Of a DNA stretch of 64,000 nucleotides, positions 31,401 through 41,700 are shown in pieces (the first letter of the stretch is position 1; the number at the start of each line of letters is the position of its first letter). Position numbers and translations under genes: made by a program. Where the stretch lies: IMG/VR virus record IMGVR_UViG_3300032236_001416, positions 3,696-67,695 of that record; one strand, written 5' to 3'. The stretch comes from a virus. Below the pieces are notes generated by a model that had not been told where the DNA came from, searched no databases, and saw nothing but the letters and a program-made list of their open reading frames with translations.

Positions 31401-31542
31401 AGTAACCAGCACCTGTAGCAGTATTAGCACCAATAAACAGGGTATTGGATGCATATGAATATGCTAACTCACCTATATGTAAATTACCAGGTGTGGTATT
31501 TGCTAAGGAGCGTTTAATGAAGATTTGTGTATTGGATGCCAT
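28420..31542 (-). CDS. 1040-aa acidic fibre/adhesin with 15-aa Q-x3-(S/A)VA(I/V)GxxAG YadA-head-like repeats
   Basis: N-term IFIKRS...GELAYS..SNTLFIG; two blocks of 15-mer repeats; ends YALDGGSF. Confidence 0.8.
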   Translation of the reverse strand: MASNTQIFIKRSLANTTPGNLHIGELAYSYASNTLFIGANTATGAGYYKIGGEYYTNIIDQASSANTPDTLVIRDGNGDFAAGNVTAAYFIGDGSALTGLVTNLTVDGDSGGPNTINLLTDTLTFNGGSGITTTISGNEVIFDVDTTVVRANTEGDSQHINTDVQISGNLTVQGTTTYVQSQINQTDDSLIELAANNTIGDVLDIGFYGKHEGTDGTVVTGLVRNAGTSDYYLFDNIALGDQENLTSNIITQSALSANGATLYAKQFYAADMGYTGGFAFNTYTTTGLFSDVNDTDIYLSVYGDKVLNANNELNNYSFGRYAGETNQGDSAIAVGYYAGNESQNYNAIAIGKLAGNYQQSGNSVSIGAHAGNYQQDLSAVAIGAGAGETNQSFSGVAIGRWAGQQTQGWDSVAVGRRAGRVSQGDYSVAMGWGAGVDYQGDHAVAIGDSAGGGNQSAYAVAVGDQAGNTSQGWAGTALGHHAGQYNQSSVAVAIGASAGQTSQGQAAVAIGRFAGGYEQSTKAVAIGRYAGNYQQGTNSIAIGEYAGEYNQHDNSIVLNASGDELDGSQDAGLYIDPIRANNAIGGNVTTYNITTKEVVYTDVNINNSGITLANGTVISDGEAGLFVDSLNYGETANIAFYNVATHEITFGAFSDLVPTGNSIANGSHTWTVSADTGAIYSDLGTALACSANSVLLGNNIDYGNSNYGRVAIGIDAAGSNQNSGSVAIGEGAGNLNQNYDSVAVGHSAGNSNQNYFATAVGYNAGYTYQGTNSVAIGHAAAEYNQDGSSVAVGFAAGNDHQGYQSVAVGRRAGRTYQGEYSTAMGVYAGQVYQGTSAVAVGINSGYDHQSNYATAVGNAAGETYQGYYAVALGSNAGSYYQRANAVAVGNSAGSQNQSARSVAIGYQSAYTGQSTDSVAIGTYTGYTDQGLKSVAIGYNAGNYQQNQHSVAIGDQAGNNSQGAGAIAIGVRAGKTNQASGSIALNADLTLTGGLNPAYAGFYVNPIRYTETQDNTYDGLMFFNSDTKEIRYSYALDGGSF

Positions 31543-31581
31543 TTTCTACCCTTATTATTATTATTTTGTAGATTTTTGTTA

Positions 31582-31806
31582 TTAGTCTGGAGCGCCGACC
31601 ATTGCGACAGCATTACAGATTGTGTGCCATGCATCGTCATTCTTGCTACTCTTATTCAAACCAGCCACCTGAGGAACAACTTGTGAATTCATAGAATCTT
31701 TGAATTGTTGCAAAGTGATTGATTTGGCTTCGTATTGGTCAACCAATGACTTGGCTGTTGTAGCTAAAACAACCATTGGATCTGATGGATTATGAGCGTA
31801 TGTCAT
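31582..31806 (-). CDS. 74-aa helical protein with a SHOCT-like motif, paralog of 28170..28394
   Basis: SD AAGGG; LATTAKSL...KSITLQQF..SMNS. Confidence 0.6.
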   Translation of the reverse strand: MTYAHNPSDPMVVLATTAKSLVDQYEAKSITLQQFKDSMNSQVVPQVAGLNKSSKNDDAWHTICNAVAMVGAPD

Positions 31807-31845
31807 TTTTAGTCCCTTTTATTATTATCGTTATTCTTCTATTTA

Positions 31846-32040
31846 TTAAAAACTGCCACCGTCAATTGGATTAATTACATTAGCAATATAACCCTCACCA
31901 GCAATAGCGATTATCCCATTAGCATTGTTACCAATATATAGTGTGTTTGACGTAAATGAATATGCCATTTCACCATCATGTAGTGTGTTTGGTGCATCAT
32001 TATTATAAGAACGGAGAATCTGAATAGTAGTATTTGCCAT
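31846..32040 (-). CDS. 64-aa minimal adaptor: IQILRS domain plus DGGSF tail
   Basis: MANTTIQILRS...GEMAYSFTSNTLYIG...IDGGSF, homologous to the N-terminus of 28420..31542. Confidence 0.65.
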   Translation of the reverse strand: MANTTIQILRSYNNDAPNTLHDGEMAYSFTSNTLYIGNNANGIIAIAGEGYIANVINPIDGGSF

Positions 32041-32264
32041 CAGAAAAATCCTCCATCTACATCATTTATAACTGGAGTAACTGGAGCTACATAAAAGTTA
32101 TTATTCGCAGAATTATAGACAATTACATCACCCGTGTTTGCACCAAGATATTGTAAATCGGTAGAACTTTTTAATGATTTAATACCATAAGCAATATTAC
32201 GGACCGTTGGTCCTAATTGATTACCAACTTGGACTTTAATGGTATTAATTGGATTTGCTGGCAT
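32040..32264 (-). CDS. 74-aa fibre-associated protein ending in DGGFF
   Basis: LKSSTDL...GDVIVYNS motif, C-terminal DVDGGFF; TGATG overlap with the next gene. Confidence 0.6.
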   Translation of the reverse strand: MPANPINTIKVQVGNQLGPTVRNIAYGIKSLKSSTDLQYLGANTGDVIVYNSANNNFYVAPVTPVINDVDGGFF

Positions 32265-32271
32265 TTATGAC

Positions 32272-32619
32272 CTAAAATACAGTAACTTGTGGTATAACGT
32301 TAATAATACCCTCTAAAACTCTAGTTACAGTATTTCCTGATGTGGTATCTTTAATTACCACATCGTATACATAACGTCCTGGTGTAATATTAACTGTATT
32401 TGCTGAAGGTATATTCAAACTGATAATACCTGATGTTGGATCTTGTATAGTTATGTTGAAATGTTCAGTTTCGTTTTTGGAATAATATGATTTCCTAATT
32501 TGACTTTTGGCTAAACAACCAGTCAAATCATAGGCGTCACCATTCACATCATCTAAAGTGATTGATGTGTTAAAATCTGTACCTTGTTCAAGGAAGAGTT
32601 CTGTGTATGCGGCCGACAT
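32272..32619 (-). CDS. Ig-like virion adaptor (BppU_N-like)
   Basis: LEQGTDF, YDLTG..AKSQIRK, PGRYVYDV, RVLEG...PQVT. Confidence 0.6.
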   Translation of the reverse strand: MSAAYTELFLEQGTDFNTSITLDDVNGDAYDLTGCLAKSQIRKSYYSKNETEHFNITIQDPTSGIISLNIPSANTVNITPGRYVYDVVIKDTTSGNTVTRVLEGIINVIPQVTVF

Positions 32620-32642
32620 AGTTTATTATTATAGTTATCTTA

Positions 32643-32650
32643 TATTTAGT
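32643..32650 (-). promoter_or_regulatory. T4-like late promoter ACTAAATA
   Basis: Intergenic, 23 nt before ATG 32619. Confidence 0.55.
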
Positions 32651-32727
32651 CTAGGAGTGGATTGACTTTTTGGAATCCTGAAGCTGTCGGAGAAAATTCT
32701 TGGGCCGGAACGCAAAATTTCGAAATT

Positions 32728-35553
32728 TTAGGATTGTCTTAGTGCTCTGACTTCTTTAGTCAAATCTCTCAATCCTTGCAATACGAGAACGGACAACAAT
32801 TCATAATTAATCGCATATATCTTATCAAAACCAGTATTTTCGTCTAATGGCGTTGTTTCGTACACCAACTCAGGAAACTTTTGCATCAAATCTTGAGCCA
32901 TAAGACCAATCATTTGTTGATTTGGTCTGGTTTTGTAATTAAAGTAATAAGTAGACAACTGAATTAAGTCGTCCAAAATGTCTTCCAATGGTACTAGGTT
33001 TTCTTTTAGTCGTTTATCAGAAGTGTTATAATAAGCAGTAATATTACTTGTTGCACGAATCTCACCAGCAGTACCCGTAGCAGCCGTACCAACACCTATA
33101 GAATTATGTTGTACATTTGAACCTGTTGCAACTGCTTGATCCATTGAATATGGTAATCTTGCAGCAGCTAATGTACCAGAAGTAATATTAGTTGCATTTG
33201 TCGTGTCTGTTGTGGCTGATGTGGCCAAACCAGAAACAGCACCAGAAGCAATTGCGATTGCCACAGAGTTTGCTGATGTTAGACGACCTTGTGCATCAAC
33301 AGTAAATCTAGATACGTAACTTGCTGAACCGTATGATGCGGCTGCAACTGATGTAGTCGCCAACTGAGAAGCAGTCATCACACCAGTTATTTTTGTATTA
33401 GCAAGAGATGTTATCCAAGATGGATCAGCGTAAGAACCATTCACATAAACACCATTAGTTACTGTACCAGCATTGCCTCCAGCATTACCTGTAATATTTG
33501 TAGTCAAAGTACCAGAACTATTTGCCAAATTCTGTACATATGCTGTCGTTGCCAGAGCTGTATTTGATGTACCAGCAGCCATCGTAGTGGCGGTGACTGG
33601 TTGACTGAATGAAGCACCAACAAATGTAGGTGAAGCAGTTGTTCTCAAATCTTGAGGATCACTAATTGCAAAATTATTAGCGCTTGTCGCAACAACAGTT
33701 ATACCATTATTACTTGAGAAAGAAATGACACCAGAAGTTTGTGAAACTGAACCTGTAGTACCAACAAATGTATTTGCAAATGTGTTTGCCAATGCAAAAG
33801 ATGCGTTGGCCTTGAGGAATGCAGAATTGGCATAAGATGCGGCCGAGTTGGCTGTACCAAATGCTGAGTTAGCATAACTTCCTGCTGAATTAGCATTGCC
33901 AAACGCAGAGTTAGCATATGTGCCGGTTGTGTTCTGTGACTGGTATGCTGCATTTGCTTGAATGAAAGCGCCATTAGCATACAAAGAAGCACTATTTGCT
34001 TGAGCATATGCTGAATTGGCATATGTACCTGTCGTATTTTGTGATTGATATGCTGAATTGGCTTTTATAAATGCTGCGTTTGCTTGTATAAATGCTCCGT
34101 TAGCATACAATGAAGCACTATTTGCCTGAGCATATGCTGAATTGGCATATGTACCAGTTGTGTTCTGTGATTGATATGCTGAATTTGCTTTTAAGAATGC
34201 TGAATTAGCAGAAGAACCTGTTTGATTTGCCAGATAATCTTCAGTAATGATACGAGAATAAATGTTACCTGTTACATCAAGTGTTTCCCAATACAACAAA
34301 GGTTCATTCCAGCGAAGTGCTGCATTTGCACCAGAAGAACCTCTGGCCACTTGTAAATAACTGGTAATACCAGATATTGCATCACTACTTAATTGGAAAG
34401 TATTTGAAGCATAAACTGTTGTACCAGTAAGTGTAAAATTGCCGTTAACGGTTAATCCACCACCTTGTACTTGTATACTATTAACAAATACAGCTGCATT
34501 GTTTGCATCAAGTTTGTTACTAACAGTAAGTGTTGGTATTGTTGCGCTAGTATTGGCTGTAATTATATTACCCAATATAGTTGGTGCACTAATTACATTG
34601 TTTGCTTGAATGTCATTAGAAATTACGCTATTCGAAACAGAAATAATTGGAGTATTAATTGAAGTATTTGCTTGTAATACTTTTGTGAATGTTGTACCAG
34701 TTACGGAAGCCGTAGCTGTGTTAGTCGATGTGTTTGCTTGCAATACACCAGTTAAAACAGATGTATTTGCTTGTACTTTATCAACATAAGCAGACTGTGT
34801 TACACTAGAAGTTTGTGTATTTGTTGATGTATTTGCTTGCAATACACCAGTTAAAATGGATGTATTTGCTTGTAATGTACCAGTCAAAACAGATGTGTTG
34901 GCTTTTACTGTACCAGTTGCAACAGATGTGTTAGCTTGTATAATACTAGTTAAGATAGATGTACTGGATTGTAATGTATCGGTTAATACAGAAGTATTTG
35001 AAGTTAATGCACCAGTTAAAACAGATGTATTTGCCTGTAATGAACCTGTAAGTACATTTGTGTTGGCTTGTAATGAACCTGTAAGTACATTTGTGTTGGC
35101 TTTTAAAGTACCAGTTACAACAGATGAATTGGCTTGTACAGTATTTGTTACTGTATTATAAGCAATCGTAACATTACCACCAACATAAGCAGAATTTGCA
35201 ACATATAAACCGATATTTGGTCCTTGTGCAATCAACAAACCATTAATGTTTGCTTGACCAGAGTTTGTTAATCCTAAAGTTGTATTTGAAAAATAAACTT
35301 GACCATAAACTGTCAAATTATTATCAACGGAAGCTGATGAACCTGGACCTTGAACGAGAAGTTCTTTTTGAACAACCACAGTTCCATTTGATTGTAATGC
35401 ATTTTTGGTTGTTTCAGAAAGATAAATTGTACCCGTATCTTTTGTATAATCACCTTTTGCTAAAGTATTGTTTTCACCAATAAGAGCATCTGTCGCAATC
35501 ATCCATTGACCAAATGTATTGGCATAACTTATAGTTGATACTGTATTTGCCAT
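32728..35553 (-). CDS. 941-aa tail fibre with 11-aa LQANTSVLTG repeats, Ala/Asn stalk and S74 chaperone
   Basis: N-term NTFGQW attachment motif; repeats; GEIRATSNITAYY..SDKRLKEN ... GLMAQDL...FPELV. Confidence 0.8.
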   Translation of the reverse strand: MANTVSTISYANTFGQWMIATDALIGENNTLAKGDYTKDTGTIYLSETTKNALQSNGTVVVQKELLVQGPGSSASVDNNLTVYGQVYFSNTTLGLTNSGQANINGLLIAQGPNIGLYVANSAYVGGNVTIAYNTVTNTVQANSSVVTGTLKANTNVLTGSLQANTNVLTGSLQANTSVLTGALTSNTSVLTDTLQSSTSILTSIIQANTSVATGTVKANTSVLTGTLQANTSILTGVLQANTSTNTQTSSVTQSAYVDKVQANTSVLTGVLQANTSTNTATASVTGTTFTKVLQANTSINTPIISVSNSVISNDIQANNVISAPTILGNIITANTSATIPTLTVSNKLDANNAAVFVNSIQVQGGGLTVNGNFTLTGTTVYASNTFQLSSDAISGITSYLQVARGSSGANAALRWNEPLLYWETLDVTGNIYSRIITEDYLANQTGSSANSAFLKANSAYQSQNTTGTYANSAYAQANSASLYANGAFIQANAAFIKANSAYQSQNTTGTYANSAYAQANSASLYANGAFIQANAAYQSQNTTGTYANSAFGNANSAGSYANSAFGTANSAASYANSAFLKANASFALANTFANTFVGTTGSVSQTSGVISFSSNNGITVVATSANNFAISDPQDLRTTASPTFVGASFSQPVTATTMAAGTSNTALATTAYVQNLANSSGTLTTNITGNAGGNAGTVTNGVYVNGSYADPSWITSLANTKITGVMTASQLATTSVAAASYGSASYVSRFTVDAQGRLTSANSVAIAIASGAVSGLATSATTDTTNATNITSGTLAAARLPYSMDQAVATGSNVQHNSIGVGTAATGTAGEIRATSNITAYYNTSDKRLKENLVPLEDILDDLIQLSTYYFNYKTRPNQQMIGLMAQDLMQKFPELVYETTPLDENTGFDKIYAINYELLSVLVLQGLRDLTKEVRALRQS

Positions 35554-35554
35554 T

Positions 35555-35776
35555 TTAACCTTTTTCTATTAGTTTTACCATCAGTTTTTTAATATCTGAT
35601 ATGTCGTTTTTGATACTATCAATTTCCATTCTGAACTTATTTATTTGTTCTTTTTGGATCTCAGCATGTTTTCTTTTTGCTTTATATTCTTCTGCACCAG
35701 AAAAGTCCTTGTTAATCAAGGCCATTGTTTCTGTATCACGAACTAATTTTGTTCCACTTATTGGTACTAGTGCCAT
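35555..35776 (-). CDS. Conserved small protein downstream of the VrlC-like gene
   Basis: LVRDTETMALIN followed by a coiled coil; tight gene packing. Confidence 0.6.
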   Translation of the reverse strand: MALVPISGTKLVRDTETMALINKDFSGAEEYKAKRKHAEIQKEQINKFRMEIDSIKNDISDIKKLMVKLIEKG

Positions 35777-35778
35777 AA

Positions 35779-38700
35779 TTATACTGATGTATTAACATTA
35801 GATGGTAAAGCAATCACACGTAAATCATTTGCAAATGGTACATATGTGTGGTCAGAACTTGTCAATACCACTTTAATCGCAAATTGACTGAAAGAACTGT
35901 AAGTTTGACCTGTTGTGCTTGTATATGTCACATAACCTTGGTCAACACCAGATGTTCCTGGTGCAAAAACAAATTCATATGTATCATTTCTTGTCTGTGA
36001 ATATAATGAACCAGAATTGTTAATTTTAGTCATTAACTGCCATGAACTATCACTAAATTGTTGCGTATCGTTTCTGTTCAAAATCTTGTAATATACGTTG
36101 ATATCTGTATTAACCGGACGATAAGCAGTTAAATAAACATTCAAGTCACCAGAATCGAATGTTGGATCCAAGACAACTTTCTTGGTTACATATTTAGCTG
36201 ATGCATTACCACCATTCTTAGATGTTTCACCAGTTACAATAACTGATGCACCAGAACCTGCCATACTAGAATCTGTAACTGTAATAGTTGGTGTGGTAAT
36301 ATAACCAGCACCATTACTTGTCAGATACACAGATTGTATAATACCACCAACAATGTTGGCCGCTGCATATGCTTGAGAAGCACCAGAACCCGTTGGTGTA
36401 GATACGGTAACTGTGGTAGTAGCTGGATTGTAGTTTGTACCACCAGAAGCCAATGTAATTACAGAATTTGACAATTCTGCATTGTTGATATTCCATTTAA
36501 TACTGTATACAGAAAGACCAGCATCTGAAATAACAGGACTCACCGCATCATCTGCTGTACTTAATTGAGCATATAATGAGAATGATGTATTGGAGTTGGC
36601 AATTAATATACGTTCACCTTTACCATCAGACAAATAAATGTCATCATTTGTTGGTGTACCAAATTTACCAGGATTAATATTTGTCGTTCCAGCAGCTGTA
36701 CCACCAACTAAAGTTGCATTATATGTATAACCAATTCCAGTTGTTGTTGGTAAGAAATCTGTTGTGGTAATATTAAACGCATCAACTAAAACATCGGTTG
36801 TTGATATGGTTTCTGTACTACCAGAAAGATTGTTAGCATTTAAATAATAATTGATACTTTGGTCAATTAGTGTTCTTTGTGGTAACTTGTTTGGTACAAC
36901 ATATTGAATCGTTGGTGTTGATTTACTAAACACACAACGGTCAACGACAAACATTAAACTTTGATTTTGGTCAACAGTCCATGTTTGTGAGTTCTGTGAA
37001 GTAAATAATCCACCAGTATATGGAGCACCAGAAATCTTAGTGATTGAAGATGGTTGTACAAAGTTTGTATTTGTTGAACCATCCGGATTCTTTGGTGGTA
37101 CATTTGATACTGAAGATGACAATGCTGTATCACCATTGGATGCTGTCCACAATGTATACTGATTTGAGTTTGATTTCAAAATAAAAGCATACAATGTACC
37201 AGGTTGAATATAAACTGGTGCTGAGAATGTAAATGTTGTAGTTGCTGTCTTATCCAAATATTGTGGAGCAGCAGAAACATTCACCATATCAGGTGTTAAT
37301 GAAACAACGGAATGGTCTAATATGTTTCCATCTGGATAACCATTTTGTGTACCAACGATAGATAATTTGATTGGTGAACCATCAGTTGTTGGTTTTGAAG
37401 CAAAGAAGAATGATACTGAATTTAAGAACATTCCGTTAGGAAAGTTTGTTTTATCAACAATAAATGTCTGTGCAACAGGATCATATGGATCAAAATTATC
37501 AGCAATCAATACATTATGACGATAACGTGTTGAAGTGAATGTTCCCTTAGCGCCTGATGGCGAAGCGGAATAATCTATTGTTTGTGCAGTTGTTTGTAAA
37601 CCTTCTGCGTAATAGATGCCTTCTGCATAAGTTGTTTCTGTTCCAAGATTATTATTGATTCTGTTATCGATACGGAGAGTTCTTTGTCCATTATGGAAAG
37701 AATTGGCAGGTAAATTAAACACACCATAGATTGAACCTATTTCATCCGTATTGAATGAACCGATAGAATAGATATCATCATTAGCTGTGGCAAAACCTGT
37801 TTCTAAAGTTATTGTTTTTGTAACTCCATTGTAAGCAGCAATATTTGATGATTGTCCAATACCTGTACCAGCACACACATAGAATGTGTTACCATTATAA
37901 TAGTTGTTAGCTGAAGAAGCTAAAGGACTTAACTGAATTGTTGTATTATTTGCCGCATTGATAATTCTTCCCGCAACATGTGAACTCGATACGAGAGTTC
38001 CAAATGCTGTATTTGAAGTATATGTACCAGAAGCATTAAATCGTCCGTTTTGAATTACTCCATTTGTAGTGTATGTTGTGGTATGTTGGTCAGCAGCAAC
38101 ATACAATCTTGTATTAGTTGATCCAACGTACACACCGACAACTCGAGCCGTAGGTGTAAAAGTGCCACTTGAATAGTAACCAATAATATCACCTTCATTA
38201 AAATCACCAACTACACCAGTTAATTCTATGATGTTGGCTTTACGGATATAATTATTTACATTGATATTATCAAAATAATAATTAACGGATGTATTAAACA
38301 ACATACCACGGCCTCGAGCAACAATTTGTTGTGGTCTCATCCATGGCAAGATTGAAACATCGGTAATATAACCATTGTTCAATGCATATGCACCAACTTG
38401 GTCGTATGCACCAAATGTATTTGTTTGTGCTTGTGATCCGTATGTTGCTGTTTCTGTATAACCAATATCATAACTACCATAATATTGTGAATCTTTTGGA
38501 AGATATGTGTTTTTGAATCTTCCGTGATTTTCAACATCTCTCTTTGTAGTATATGTTGTTCCTGGAATAGTTTTCCAGTCACCATTTGTCATCTGGTTAA
38601 TATTATTACTTGCTTGGAAAACTTGTAGATTTGGATCTATAACCAACAAAGCAGGAGAATAATTTGTATCGACCCAATTATCTACGTTAGGTGATAGAGA

Positions 38701-41700
38701 AATATAACCATCTTTCAAACTAAACGAAAATGGATTTACGTTAACAGTACGTGAAGCAAACTTCTGAGAAATTACATTTGCTGTTGTATATGGCAATGTA
38801 AAATAATTTATGTCACCATCTGTGCTTATATCATAGCCTAAATTGATAGAACTATCAATATTATTCATATTGTATGCTGTTGCCAAAGATTTCAATGGGA
38901 AATTTTGTACATTTTGTGTAGCAGTCATTACACGGTCACGGCGATTAATTGTTACCTTGAAATCGTTGTTAGGTGTATCTGCTGTAGCAAAGCTAGAAAA
39001 ATCATCAACAAGAATACCATTCTTAAATCTATTCAAACCATAAGAGTCTGAAATCTGTAAAGAATTGGTTTTTTGTTCTAATAAATTCAATGAAGCGTAG
39101 TATTCAATATTGTTAATTCTATTTTCAAGACCAGCAATATCTTGCATTGTATAACGCTTGTGTTTCACTTTGTCAATAGACAAATCAGAGATTGTTCCTG
39201 ATGGTGATTCCGTTGGAATATAACCAGTATATGGTCTATGTGTCAGATTAGCAATGACCAACGAACCATCTGGTTCTGTAGGTATCAATGGATTAACAGA
39301 AGGAGAACCTTCAATAATTTTGAAACTTCTATCTTTAGTTAATACCAATTTGTCTTTACGGCCAAGATAATACGTGTAATCGGTTGTGAATGTAGAAAGG
39401 TCTGTAGGAATAAACACACCATATCTACTATCACCAACGTTATATTTAAATTGGAACGTTGTGGTTGCATTTAAACGAGCAGGCCTAAAGTCAATTGAAT
39501 CACGGAATAGATATGTTGTACCATGTTTACTAACATATGATGGAATATTTTGATACGTTTCTGGTTTTTGTGAATTCAGATATGACGATATTGCAAAGTA
39601 ACCATCGCCACCAGTATGTTGATAATAATTTACAAATACCAGCAAATTACCTTTAGGTTGCGCTGCACCAGGATTTAATGTAATTGAAGCGTGGTCGTAA
39701 TGACTATCTTGTTGTCCATTATTAAATGTGTAATTTCTTGTTACATCATATGTCGAATTCGTCAACATAGACAAGTTTGGTACTGTACCAGAATCTTTTG
39801 TATCAATAATTTTAACAATTGATTTTACATCAGACAGATACAAACTCTGTTTTGAACCAGGCGTAACCAATCCAGCATGTTGGATGTAAATTTGACCTGT
39901 TGATGTTAATGAAGTGTCATCAACATAGGTGTATGATGCAACTTGAGTACCATCTATTTTAACAACAGATGTATTTGCAGTAATTAAATTTTTGTATTTC
40001 AATAGATGACTTGAATCATCCGCATTAGTTACATATACTTTTTCTAAAACTGTGGCAGTGAAACCAAAACCACCAGTATTTGCTAACGGAATACTTAATG
40101 TGGCTGTTACTGAGTCCGAGCTTATTTTGACTGTTCCACCCAAATAAGTCCAAGGAATAACTTGGCCATCAGTAAATGAAGAAGAACCTGAATTTGTAAC
40201 AACAATTAAGAAGTTTTGTTTGATAACATCCGCACTCAATCCACTAGGAGAAGTTGAACCCAAGTGTTTAATTACACCAGCATAACTACCGGAATATACA
40301 ATATCTACTGATGCAACGCCGCCACCAGCTCCAAACACAACACCACGATTTAATTGCTGTGTGTTGTATGATGCATTTTTAATTGAAGCAACATATGGAG
40401 CACCAACATTATAAATTAATTCTGGTGCAGCTGTATTTTCTAAAATAGTTTCACCAGTAGAGACACCACCAACACGACCAGTTGAATTGATATTTGCATA
40501 TCCTTTAATTGTCGCTGGATAAGAAGTTTTATCGGCATATACAATAGTATCAACATCTTTGATATCAAAATTCAACTGAAATACAGAAGATGTATCTGGT
40601 GTAACTGTCCAGTTTTGGTTAACAGTTGCAACTTTAGTTGTACCATTATATGATGTAATTGTTCTGAAATCACCAGCACTCGTACCGTTACTGATAGAGA
40701 TATTCACACCAACATATGATGTATTAGAATCAGAATATGTATTAGGAAAAGTAACTGTATTCGTTGTTGCTGAAACTACATTAGCAGATAAAGTGGCATT
40801 TTGAATATCACTTACGAATGCTCTATACACATATGTGTTTGCATCCGAATCACTTGTATTGTGGTCATAAACAAAATTACGAATATAACCAGTTGCCACA
40901 ACGGTAGAATTATATGTTGCGGCACTATAGGTATTAGCATTTGCTGCTGTAACACAATGTAGGTCAATTGGCTGAGCTGTGGTTACGTCAAAGAACGTAC
41001 CGGAAGCACCACCACGTACTGTATCTACATAAAAGTAAGATCCGTAGTCGATGAATACTGGTGTGTTATTTTGTGACTCTGTGGTTCTTGCACGGTTAGA
41101 TACCAAATCCACATTTGTGGCATTCTGAATTCGGTAACCATGTACATATGCCAAACCTTTACCAACAGTTAATGTGTATGTGTTGGCTGATGGGTCTTTA
41201 GATATAGGCGTTGTTCTTGGTGTTAACTTGTAATCTTCAACAACATAATCACCATTAGTTTCATAATCACGTTTAGCAAAGTAATCGTCAATAACATTGT
41301 ATACAGAACCATCAAAAAGATTTGAAATACTACCATTTGTTATACGAACTAACTCAACAAAGTTTTGGTCATCACCAAGTTCTACTGGTCGAGTGTCCAA
41401 ATATAAAGCAATCACATAACGGTCAGCACCTGGAGCTTGATAATTTGATGCGCCGACAGCAGGATCCAATAAAGAAGTATCATTAATATAATCGTAAACA
41501 GTTTCTGTAATAGTTAAACCAACTCTTTTGGATGGACTATTATTATATTTTTCCAAAATAATTGTTGATGGACTAATTTGTACAAAATTACCTAAGATGT
41601 AAAATACACCTTGAGAAATTGATGCCACGGACGAAACACCTGTAGCTGCTGTTGTAATTGCTTGTACTGTTAAATTGCTTGCGGTATCATATATGATATC

